A stretch of 64,000 nucleotides of DNA, from NCBI GenBank assembly GCA_050084985.1, contig JBITNC010000001.1, positions 52,948,001 through 53,012,000 on the forward strand. Direction: 5' to 3'. How positions within the stretch are numbered: the stretch's first letter is position 1; each line of letters opens with the position of its first letter. The notes below the pieces were generated by a model. That model did no database searches and had not been told where the DNA came from. It worked only from the letters and a program-made list of their open reading frames with translations. Source of the stretch: Nageia nagi (taxonomy: Eukaryota; Plantae; Pinophyta). Below are positions 51,586 to 63,241 of this stretch, piece after piece. Made by a program: the position numbers and the translations under genes.

Positions 51586-52065
51586 ATTTTATGCTCTATT
51601 TTTAAAATCAACACATGTCTATATACAACAGGTGACTATGAGTGATGGCTTGGCATCTCTGTGATGGCTTATAGTGCACCATTGATCAGTTATTTATAAG
51701 ATGGCATTATTTGATTCTCTTATTTGAATATATGATGCATCTAACTGATTTTGTTCATGAGTTGCTTGTAGCATGCAGGATCTTCTTTAGAAATGCAGGT
51801 TACTCACCTTGTGAAAGCAAGCTCATGGAGACTCACATGTCAGCTTAAAGTTGATCGACTACTATGTACAGTGAAACCAGTTGTGGTTAATGATTGTATT
51901 GTAAACCATTTTTGTCAAATGGTAATGTAGTGAGTCTCATACTAGTTCTCAAAAAAAGATTCTCAAAATATGTAAAAGTTCTCATCTCCACTTGTATCTC
52001 TATGGAGGAGAACTCTCTCTTACTCTCTCTCTTCTCTCTTCTACGCTCTATCCCAATATTACATT

Positions 52066-52074
52066 AAGGGGGAG
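52066..52074 (+). promoter_or_regulatory. Polypurine tract
   Basis: AAGGGGGAG immediately before the TG of the 3' LTR. Confidence 0.95.
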
Positions 52075-52582
52075 TGTTAGAATTTGTAATGAAATATTGT
52101 GAATATCTAGACTCCTTGTAAATTCAATTAATCACTTAAGGGTATGTAGATACCTTAAATGATTAATAGAATTCTTTAATGTATAGACTTTGACTTTACC
52201 AAAGGAGTTAGTTGGTAGGTTGAAGTTTGGTGGTACATTTAATGTAACCCTAACCTTACCCTTGGGTTAAAGGAAGGTTAGGGAGGTGCTCTCAACCTAT
52301 AAATAGAGGGCCTCTCCTCATGTAAACATATCTAAGTTTTGAGTAAGATTACTCTACTTGGTTGTGTAGGAGAGAGCTAGAGAATAGTTGTAAGAGAGAC
52401 ATAGATTTGAGAATAAGAGGACTAGTTGTGGATGTACTCCCAAGGAGGGAGGAACCACATTATATTGGTGTCATATTGTGTGAATGATGTTCTTAGAATT
52501 ATAGATGTGTTATCTTGTGTACACTTGAGTTTCCTAGTCTAAGGTTCTAGAGGATTTGTTTAGATCTAGTTCAAATCCTTCA
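52075..52582 (+). repeat. 3' LTR (508 bp)
   Basis: Identical by eye to the 5' LTR except aaggtTctag versus aaggtCctag. Confidence 0.98.
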
Positions 52583-54817
52583 GCGCTCAGTTGCTCTTGC
52601 TCGGTTTGACCTGTTTCGAGGCCTTAGCAAGTGGGACTTAGTCAAATTTTCTCATTTTAATAGAACTGGACTCTCCCTAGGCCATGTGCATGCTACAGGA
52701 AGTCAAGATTTTGTCTTTTGAAACCATGCACCTGCCCTCTTGGCCATGCCAGAGTTGGATGCTATCTTGAAAAGTTTGTGCCTTAGCCAAATTTCAATTC
52801 GAGCTCAACCTAGGCAGCCTCCTGTCTTGGGCGCATGTCCAAGAATGACAAGATTTTGTCTTTTGGAGGCATGCGCTCAACCCCAGGGTGCTTTAATTTT
52901 GATTCTTGATCCTCGAACTCATCCTAGGCAACCTCCTAATCTACGCGCATGTCCAAGAAAGACAAGATTTTGTCTTTTGAAGGCATGCGCTTGGCTTGAA
53001 ACTGCTCCAATTTGTTCCTTTCAACCTTCGTTCCAATCCGGGCAACTCTTGGGTCTATGCGCATGTCCCACATCGAGGCATGCACTTGGCCTTGGAATAG
53101 CCTAGTTTCACTTGGCTTGGCCTAGACTCAACCTAGATTCTCTAACTTTGCCTAGACTCGACTTGTGATTTCCAGACATAGTAATTTTCAAAAAAATTTG
53201 GCCTTTGTTTGACATGGCTAAGACCAGTAGACAATAACATTTAGGCTTGGGATGATTGGCATGATAACCAAGTAGGTGAAGCTTTCAAATAGATGTGACA
53301 TAGACATGACATTGTGTGGACCAGAGTTGTACAATTTTGGGGTGTGTTCTGTTAGTCAACACGTATTCGATTTATATTGCTGAATATTCAAAAATCAATG
53401 GAATCGAACAATCACAAAAAAAATTGCAAAAATCACATATTTTCACCATTTGATGCATTTTTTTGTGAAATTACTAGTTTTTCAAGTTTCAACCCAAACA
53501 AATATAGGCCAAATCAAAATTTTATTACTATGCTTGTGACTAATTTCACCTTCTCGAATAGTGGCTTTTCTAACCCTTCCCCCTTCTCCATGTTTTTTTG
53601 CATGCTTCTCTATACTTCATCCTCTCCTTAATGATGTACTATTTTGAGCTGATAAAGCATACGAAACTAACATGCGGTAATCTGTGATTTCTGTTTTCAT
53701 TTTTCCGTGCACGTGGTGAACGTAAACAATGGTGTGGTGTTTTAAAATCTGCAGTAATTTTAATAAATAAGAGTGGAAGACACCTTATTAAGTATGAGAG
53801 ATCAAAGAGTGAGTTATGGTGAGCTATTAGGAAGTTCGTGGGTGATATTTGATCCATGCTCCAACATTAGGGTGAGGATCAGAAGATAGGAAAAGAGTGA
53901 CCAATTACCATGTTGATTGGTGTTGAGGGCTGTAGCAGTGATGGTATGTTGTTTGTTAGTGTAGCTCAACTGACAGCACTAATAAAGTGAAAGTTGATTC
54001 AGCGCATAAGTCCCCTATGTGGAATGAAATTTGGTTTATGCATAGATATGAAATTTATCTTCATCAATGTTTTGAGAGGCAGTCATTTTGGATTGAGCAA
54101 ATGTGGTGCACCGGAAATCATATGCTCACACTTCCCATGCAAAACATTGAAAATTAATATTTTAGAAGAACATCAAAACAAAATCTTGCCATGAAGAAAG
54201 AAGAATGCTAACAAAGGATAATGAACAAATGAACACCATCATCAAAATCTTTATTTTCATTTTTTTAAATTGAAAGCATATATTAATGGACTCCCGATGA
54301 GTAATTGGGTCATGCTATTTGTTTCTTTGCGCTTTCAAGGTTCCCATTCGCAAGAGTTTGCAGTTTTATCACGAATGTCGAGTGTGAGGGTCCCGCATAC
54401 AACATCAATTTACGATTTTAAAGAAAAGTGTTCAACCTTCCTAACACAATAAAACTATTCAATTTAACTGATCAAAATATTACTACCATATATTTAACTG
54501 AAAACTTTTGTGCAGCTATTTCTTCTTTTAAGCTTTCGAAAAGAAAAAAACTAGTAATATATTAATAAGATTTATTTTTGAAAAGGATCATAATCCAAGA
54601 TTTATTGCAGCCAAAACCACAGTATTTATAATATTTTACAGACACTCTCACATGAAAACATGAATAAAACAAGCAATATATCATCCTAAAATTATATATA
54701 AGAATCAATTAATGAAAACCATAAATATATAAAAAGCATTGATACAAAGAATAATCGTAGCATACATGCCAGCACTCTGAAAACCAATCTAACTAAGAAA
54801 GTTCAGCAGCTCCTCAC

Positions 54818-57800
54818 CCGAATAAGAAACTTAATAATGATTTCTCCCATTGCAGCATTTGGGTTGTTCTCCTCGTCAGGTGAGAAGCTGCAACAGGTGT
54901 ACCAAAACTTTGTATAGATGTGCCATTTGGAGACATCACACCTAATGAGGATGAGTCACTTTCAGTTTTAGCCCGTTTAGTCAATTCATCTGCAAAACCT
55001 AAAGTATCATATGGTCGTTTCAAATTTGTTGCTGCTCCAGATAATTCACCTTCTAAAACTGAAACTGAAATTGACATATCCATAGCCTGACCATGTCCTT
55101 CTGAATCTGTCACGGTCTTTGATTCTGCTTGGTGCTGTTTCTCCACCCAACAACAAGCCCAGCAAGCTCTATAGCAAGATGTCTATTGTCTGGGGAAATG
55201 TTCTGGGAAAGTCCAAGTCGACTCAGTGAATTAACCATCTGTCCCACAAATTTGGCTCAACAACTATAAAATAGATCTGAATGCTGCACAATTAGCTGGA
55301 AAATATGAATTAAATTACGCACCGAATGCCTCTCTTCAATTAAGATTTTCTGTGTGAGCAGAATCCATATTGGTGTCTTATAGTCACCAATAGGCAATAT
55401 TCGTGGTAGTGCTGGCATTAGGATATCAAGAGCTTGGTTCACCAACACCTTATTCTCAGGCTGGCAAATTTTTAAAAGACCAGCAAATGCCTGAAATGCA
55501 TGCTCTCTTCAAATGAAGCATATACTGCCCATATTAATTACGAGTATACTAAATCTAGATAAAAATGAATGCATAAATACAGCCCAAATTAATCACTAGT
55601 ATACTAAATTTAGATAACACATAATTGTGTGCAAAAAGTAAATAACCCAAATCATAAAACAATATTTCAAAATCAATTCATCCAAGTCAGATTTAGCCAT
55701 GGACATATTGAATTCCCTGTTCACTGGAGGAATAATTTGAAATCGGTTTAACGCTAGGAGTGTTGTACCTGCAGGGTTGATCAGGATATTTCAGGTGACA
55801 TGAATTCATTTTATCTAGAAAATGCCTAGAAAATGCAGGATGAGAGAGATGACCCGTAGGACACAAGTGGCTGCACCAGATTGATCAAAGGGCAATTGAG
55901 CAAGGAAGAATATGGAAATCAACTTATGCCTGTGATGAACCTTTTCATTTGCTAAGGTCATCACAACAGGATAAGGGTAAGCCCCATCACTTTCACTGCA
56001 AAGAGCTTTAACATGTGTCAACTTGCCTCAATTCGATTATATGCAGACCTCAAGTTAACAGAAATTCCAAAGCGAACTAAGAAGATCCAATGAACTTCCT
56101 AAGCCACATGATTTGATCCAATCCAAGGATGAAGACGTCAAACTGCATTCAGATCTAATCTTGACCATCAAACTGAGGAGTTATAACAGCCCTTGTCAAA
56201 GAAGGGCTGAGTTGTCAATTCCCGATTGGCTCAGATGACTTATAGACCCAACAGAAGTAGCAAAAGCATTAGCAACTGACATCCATTGATCTATCTCAAT
56301 GAACAATCCAGATAGAACCCCATTAAACAAGCAAAAAAATCTTAACCACCAAACTGAGAGTTATAAAAGTGGCTATTAAAACGGGATCTGAAATGAGATT
56401 GCTTCGTTGGCAAACAATTCCTGGGAATGTCCAAAACACATCAGTAATTGTTCAAAAGATCAAGTCAGTTCATTCTTCCAGGTCAACATAGGCCAGGTCA
56501 AAATAGTTGACATGACCAAAAAAGCCAAAATGTTTTGCAGAACAAAAGACCCACAAAGGAAGTTGTGCTTTTGCAAAATGAATTGACACCATCCAATCAG
56601 ATCTTCCCGAAAATGTATTGCATTTAAAGAAAATTTTTGGGCTTTATGCTTTAGTATTCCATGTTTAGCAGAGGATGTAGCTTATAAATACAAGCCATGT
56701 GTGCCAAAAAGGGGATTAAGGTTTTAGAAGTTCCACTCTTAGATCAGAAAAAATTTCAGAAACTACAATTCATGATGTATTATTTTATCAATGACAGCAA
56801 ACTTATGGTTGGATAGTCAAACTATGTACATCAGATTTTGAGCATGCAATATTGGTCATCATGTCCCCGTGGCTGGCATATTTCATTCTCTACGATTTAT
56901 CTTGTATCAGTCAAGTGCACAGATTTAAATGTACATCCAATCTGTTTACATGTGCTCAGTAATGACTGTCATAATGCCTTGTGATTATAGCTGTAAAATA
57001 ATTGTGAATGAGTAAGAATATTATAGACGTAGCCCTACATCTGTTTCCACAACTCTAGTTGATCTGCACCCGTCATCATCTGAATCCATTTATGTTACAT
57101 TTCTCCTACCTTTTACCCTTTCCAGTGTTATCTGAGGTTCAAGATTTGTTTAAGAAGACAAACTTCTTCATAGTTCAACAGCACTACCGTTCAATTATCT
57201 TGTAATGACCCTATTTTTGAGAATATCTTGTATTTGGAATTTTCCACAAATCTCTTCTTCTACAAGTCAGATATGGCCATTGCACCTTCAGAATTGGATA
57301 GAGCATCTCGTGGCATTTGTTTTGAGTGGTCACACGACCCCTTTTGGACAAGAAACGAAGGAGTTAGGGCTACTTGAAGCTCGCCAGTGGGACCAGTTTT
57401 CGCGTCCACACATGAAAATCCATTTAACTTAGTGGATTTCTACTTAAAAGTGCAAAGTTGGATTATAATAAGCTTTTATGTTATTCTAATGTTATTTTAA
57501 GTACTTTTACTTGTAATAAAGCCAATCAATGGCTTAGATGAGCTTAGAGGGGTCAATGCAAGATTATGGTTGGAGTCTATATAAGGAGATGCAACTCTCC
57601 ATTTTGGGGATATTATTGATATTGATATTGTAATGAGTCCTTGTGATTCTCATCTCCATAGTGCATAGGTGATGATCCCTAGCATGGATAGAAGCTCTAC
57701 AACTGACAAGTGATGGCCCTTGTTGTTGTATTGCCCTAGGGTGATGCTCCCCTAGACCTCCAATATTTAGAAAATACAAAAAGAGGTACCCAAGAGGAGT

Positions 57801-58872
57801 TCGTGGCATTTGTGGCAGTTTCAGCTTTCAGTTTGGTGTGTTGTTTCAGTTCAGATCTGAGAAGTCAGCCTCCCCAAGGCAGTCGCCCATCTTTTGAGGT
57901 CACTTTTCAGACATTTCTGAGGAGTTTTGCATTTGTTCCAGCCCAAGAGACCCATTGACCATTTGTACTAGTTTGGCATATCTAAATAAAAACATTTGTC
58001 TAATCTTTCCTCATATTTGATGTTATTTTCAGTATTATTTCTGTAATTTATTTCTGCAATTTCGAATTAGGGTTTCTACATTAAAAAAATGGAACATTGC
58101 ATATCTATCATAGAAATTCATTCAGAACTGATGGATGTAAACAAAATCTGCCCACAAAGCAAATTTGAGGACCAACAACAATCAATAAATCTGCCTGCAT
58201 TAGTTTGCATTCCCAGATTATCCATTTATGTTTGCCCATGTGTTTCATACCATTCCCCATTAATTTGTACTTTTCAATCTGAACGATTCGCACATAATCT
58301 CATGGATGCTAACATAATCTCATATGCAAAAAATAATAAAAATAATACATCCAAACCACACAGTAATACAGCAAACACATACTTATTAAGAGGGCTTATA
58401 GAAACTACTAAATGACCCTGGGATAGTTCCTTGGAATGAAAGAAATGCAGAAAATGAACCAGAAGTGCCTTCTTCATTTAAGACTTATCTCCTTATGTAA
58501 CCTGCTTTCAACAAATAATTTTAACACAAACATTGTATAAGTACGAGTAGAAACTCAAGCACGAGAGAACAAGAATTTGAATACTAGTCATAACATGCGA
58601 ACCATATCATGTTCTTGTTCTCTAGTCTCACTGACATATTTGGGTCAGTCATGGACATTAATGAAATTTCTTTCTTTCTAGATAAACATTTCCCAAATAA
58701 ATGTTGATGAGAAGAAATGAAAATCATCAAAGATCTTATAAAAAACAAACCTCAATCATGTAAAGTTCTTTTAAAAATGTGTAGTCTATGCGAGTTCATC
58801 AGGAAACATTTCAGTTTTATCACGTCTCCAATAATTCAGGTAACACTTGACAAGCCTCTTGTTCTCTTTGAC
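54818..58872 (-). pseudogene. TRRAP: Unprocessed pseudogene fragment of transformation/transcription domain-associated protein (TRRAP/TRA1); exons 58751-58872, ~58383-58501 and 54818-55490
   Basis: VKENKRLVKCYLNYW..RIDYTFLKELYMIE | VT*GDKS*MKKALLVHFLHFFHSKELSQGHLVV | AFAGLLKICQPENKVLVNQALDILMPALPRILPIGD..HSDLFYSC*AKFVGQMVNSLSRLGL..LAIELAGLVVGW..PNAAMGEIIIKFLIR. This is collinear with plant TRA1 as I recall it. AG/GT boundaries are retained; stops and frameshifts are present. Confidence 0.9.
57201..58080 (+). mobile_element. Possible solo LTR within the TRRAP intron
   Basis: TGTAATGACCC...AGGGTTTCTACA with an internal ctatataagg; flanks do not form a TSD. Confidence 0.45.
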
Positions 58873-61125
58873 CTGCAATATTCATTCATATATTAAAAAT
58901 AATGTCAAGAATATTAAGTTCAAAATATCAACTGCTTATTGCACATTTTCAAAATGCTTTGACACATTTGAGTGTAGAAGATCAAACATTTACTTGGTCA
59001 TACCTTTAGGCTTTGATAGTTCTAGTATCAATATCTACGGTTACCATTGAATGTTGCATTAAAAACTTTCTTGAGGTTTTCTGAATCTTGCATTAAAAAT
59101 TTTCTTCTAAGGTTTTTATAGGAATAGATAAGAAATCAAACTTCTTTTTCGAAACTCATCATGTGGAGTTACTAATGAACAAGGCTGTGATAGGAGATTA
59201 TATTTTCTTAATGACCTTATATAAGGATGAAATCGTACGGGAAAAACTCTATGTAAGTTTGGCATTTTATGGGAACAATTTTATGTAAGGTCAACATAAA
59301 TGAGATTGAAATTTATGCAAGGCGTTGCTGTTATGGGCCGACAACAAGCCTTTTAGCTATTATTTGGGTGACGAGTCTCCTATTCAAAGGACTGGACTAG
59401 TGATTATAACTGACATTAAAGAAGTCACAGGAAAATTATCAGGTGTGGTGACTTTTAGCCTCCGAGCAAATAAGATTGAAACAACGTCAATACTCTCAGG
59501 AATTATCAAAATGGGAATGAAATCCGAGACCCCATTTTCAAAGGACGTAAGTCCTTTTTGATCGAAGAATGTTTTTGGCGTTTACTCGTAGAATTTATAT
59601 ATATCCTATATTAATTAACAGTTAAATATTTATATATATATATAAAAATATAAAATATTATATTGATAGTTAAAATTGGACAGCAAACCGTCATTCAAAA
59701 ATTTAATGACACGTAGGGTTGCATGTCAAATTGAAACCCTGATTATTTTTAATACGAGGTCAAATTTGACAACAAAATATCAAAATGTGTCATTGGTCCG
59801 TTGTTCAACCTTTTTCGTTTCTATTTTAGTTGTTACCATGTTTGATTCTTACTAAGAGACATACATATTATATAATATTTTATTATAGTTGTTCATTCTA
59901 TAGTTAATATACTTTACCTTTTACTAAAGTTTATATGTATATACATAAAGTTTGTACGTAAAAATATAAATTTTTTGGAAAGTTTGTGAGTATATGTAAA
60001 AAATGGGTGAAAAAAATTATAAATGTCAAAATATAGAAATCAAAATGATGTTTTGGAGATTCAAACCATGGTTGCTTGAATTTCAATATTTTAACTATTA
60101 TAGCAATGTTTCGACCAACAACATGGTGGCACAACTTTGATATACAAAAAAATTGATATACGCACATAATTTAATGAAGCGAAGGAATTAAGCGGTGGGG
60201 GATGGCACAATTTTGATATACAAACATCCTTTGTGGTTAAACTTGAAACCATATTAACCTTCGACTTATTTACCATGCCCCATGTATTATTATTCGAGAT
60301 AGAATGGATCAATCCCACTTACCCTTCATTGTTGCTTCTTGTATCTCACTATCTTCGATATGCATGATAGATAATATTAACTAAGATAAAATGAGATTTG
60401 AAATGATTTAACAAATTGAAGATCATCAATCAAGATTCAAGCTTTAATCACTTAAACTTTGAATTTAATTTGATAGGAATATTATGGCATTTCTTAATGC
60501 TCACAAGGATTGTGATATCATTTCAAAAAATATTTATATCGATCAACCTCACAAGTAGCCCAATGTTGACCATACAATCCCCACTTGGACCTTGCCACAT
60601 GGTGCAACCAAATGTTCCCAAATGTCATCAGCTTATGCTTCCACATGGCATCACCAGAGAACATCAAGTGGTATTTGTTTTCAGGCTACTTGGCATCTCA
60701 CATACAATCATTTTTGGATGTCATGTGTTGACTTACGATGTTTACACATGGTGCGATGTCATATTGCCATGTGGTACGATCATGTCACATTGCCATGTGG
60801 CCCGATGCCATGTTGCCATGCGTCATGTGGGGCCTACAAAGTTAACCTATATAGCCATGTAAAAGGGTGGCATGAAAGTTTGCTAATATTTGGTGGCAGT
60901 CACAAAGCAAATGTTACTACAAGATGTTGAAGATGCTTGCAATGCAAGTTCAAAGATAATAGCTATCATACCAATATTAATATTATCACCATACTAAAAC
61001 CCCATTTTAGGGTTCTCAAAACTCTAGGTTTCATTTACAAAGAATTAACATTGTCCTCTCTCCTGATCAATATTTGAAGGCATCATACTTCTTCTTAACA
61101 ACGTAAATTATTTTATATTTTTATC

Positions 61126-61298
61126 ATTACCAATAAACATTATTATCCCCATTTTTATCATTACCAATATATCGAGCCTTTATTATTCATGTAGCTTTAT
61201 GCTTAATAAAGGCTCGATAAATTGTCCCTTATTCATGCATCGTAGATATGATGATTTGACATCACAAAAAATGGGGATAATAATGTTGTTATGGTAAT
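61126..61298. repeat. MITE-like nested inverted repeat
   Basis: Outer arms aacattattatccccattttt / aaaaatggggataataatgtt; inner arms tatcgagccttt / aaaggctcgata. Confidence 0.7.
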
Positions 61299-61851
61299 AC
61301 TTATGCAACATCCAAGATAGCTCTTACAACCACCATTGAGATTTTATGTATGTGGAAGAGAAAATGGCAATGCGAACAAAAGAAGTCCAATAATGGCTTT
61401 AATTTCAAAGGAAACACAATTGCCCATATGAAGTTCCTCACGATCCAAAAAGACATGAAGTCGAAAGCGACATAGAGCCTCATAAAGGAGGCTAGTTAGA
61501 GTCATCAGCCAGGTGTCGAGACCTTTGGTTTATGAATATCTAGTAAGCCTATAATTTAACAATTTAGAGACTTTATTTGCCATTTCAAATCATAAAATAT
61601 AATTTTAAATTTAAATCCATCGTTGATTTGAACTTGTTTTTTTAAACCATAAATTCTACAACTGACTATTTTCATAACAAAAGCCAACAATGAATTTTAA
61701 CATAGGGTTTTTTAATTTTTATATTGTTATAAATTTCATTGAACATATTCATAAGCTTTAAGGTCTAAATATTTATTTGATATTAGTTGCAAGCTTGTTC
61801 ACCTTTTTGCTAGATACAATATGTTCAACATTATATAAAATACATAGATAA

Positions 61852-62180
61852 GTCTTTTAATATCCTTTTAAACCCATTGGTTTGTAGGACCTATCAAGTT
61901 TGTCCAAAAGTAACTATATATCAATTAACTATTTGAATGATTATTTCTCACATAATTATTTTGTAAAATAAAATCTCCAAGCTTGTTTTACTTATCTTCG
62001 TTTAAAAATTTGTAGATCAAGTTAAAGTTGCATATATCTTTGAAGGTTTATCTAATGTCTTTGTAAAGTGGATAAAAAAGAGAAAGTGAGTCACATCCTC
62101 TATGGCATTTAGATTACAATATTTACAAATTCTTTTATCTTAAGGTTTTTAGGTGTTGTCCATCTATCGATTTCACTATG
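61852..62180 (+). repeat. Third copy of the AT-rich repeat seen at 7294-7790
   Basis: gtcttttaatatccttttaaacccattggtttgtagg...ctccaagcttgt...gagtcacatcctctatggc aligns with 7475-7790. Confidence 0.8.
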
Positions 62181-63241
62181 TGAATCATGTGTTTTAGGTG
62201 TTGTACATATATCTTAAGGTGTTAAGGTTATGAATGGATTTTACCATACCTCCTTATGGTTCACAAGGTCAATGAGCAATGAGACTTCATTTCTACTAAA
62301 TCAAGGTGGCGAATTAGATTTCAGACTACATTGCCTCCTTACATCAATCCCAAACAATCCTTGTTTGCTTAGAGTTTGTTATTGTAGTGGTTACCTCTTA
62401 ACAATCACCTCAAACATGTGGGTGTGGATAACCCATTATGTCCTTTACCAAGCCCCTAAACACTATTTTAACCTCTTACATGCTTGCAAAAAAGCGAAGG
62501 AAGCTTTAAATTGGATTATTTCTTTTTTTTAGTCCTTTAATTACCTCTTCCTTTTCTTAGCAACAAGTTATTCTTAAATATGAACCAACCTTCACACTTC
62601 CATTGCTAAAAGTGTGGAATATAACAAGAATTAGCATTATGTTTCATATTTAGAAAGCCTATGATGATATTATTTTTTCTCAATGTTCTTCTTCAGCTAA
62701 CTTTTCTCTTGTTAAAAAAATATTAGTTTTTCATGATATGTGGCTCTAAATTTTAGTTAAAGTTAAGAAGATGGGAATGGAGTTAGAGCACCTTTATATC
62801 CTTTTGGACTATTAGGGTAATACACATGGTATGATGAGTCAAGTCTCGCTTGATCATTCCTCTTAGGATCATTCCAAGTCTTGATAGCATTGACGTCTAT
62901 CATCTTATGTATAAGCCAGATCACTAGGGAGGCCTAGATCAATGTCGCCACCAGCTACCAAGCATTGGAATTCTCCAAACGCCAACACCTTGAAGCATTT
63001 AGGAGGATTGGACATGTGCTTGAATACCATGGAGTTGGTAATGTGTTAGGGCAATAATGATGGTAACAAATATAATCAAGATACGATAAGTTGGTTCATT
63101 CCCTTTGGGATCTATCCATAATGATTGTCTAATGATGAAGAGGATCCCCTACCTTCCCTCGTTCACTCCACTAAATTACATAATTTAATGCTTTATGCTT
63201 TACTCTATGTGTTATGACTCCTAAAACCCTAGGCGTGTAAT

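Larger units (their letters stand above)
43819..52582 (+). mobile_element. Full-length, very young Ty1/copia LTR retrotransposon (8764 bp)
   Basis: TG...CA LTRs of 508 bp; perfect TSD GCGCT (43814-43818, 52583-52587); PBS; PPT; domain order gag-PR-INT-RT-RH. Confidence 0.99.
43512..53085. repeat. Array of 46-bp palindromic units, interrupted by the young copia insertion
   Basis: Full units at 43512-43557, 43708-43753, 52686-52731, 52831-52876 and 52945-52990; internally deleted units at 43785-43817 and 53059-53085. Confidence 0.85.

Noticed and set aside
43512-53085. CRISPR array interpretation of the 46-bp palindromes with spacers
   Set aside because: Eukaryotic transposon context, no cas genes, spacer lengths of 31-150 bp, and spacers partly similar to each other (e.g. 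cctaggca.cctcct).
55815-56021. LANEKVHHRHKLI as the missing TRRAP exon (LVHHRKELI)
   Set aside because: Similarity does not extend on either side and is far lower than in the accepted exons; probably chance.
62230-63180. L1-type LINE C-terminal/RNase H remnant on the minus strand
   Set aside because: Only faint motif resemblance (GLVKDIMG, SLVIWLI); too decayed to support without a BLASTx/HMM search.
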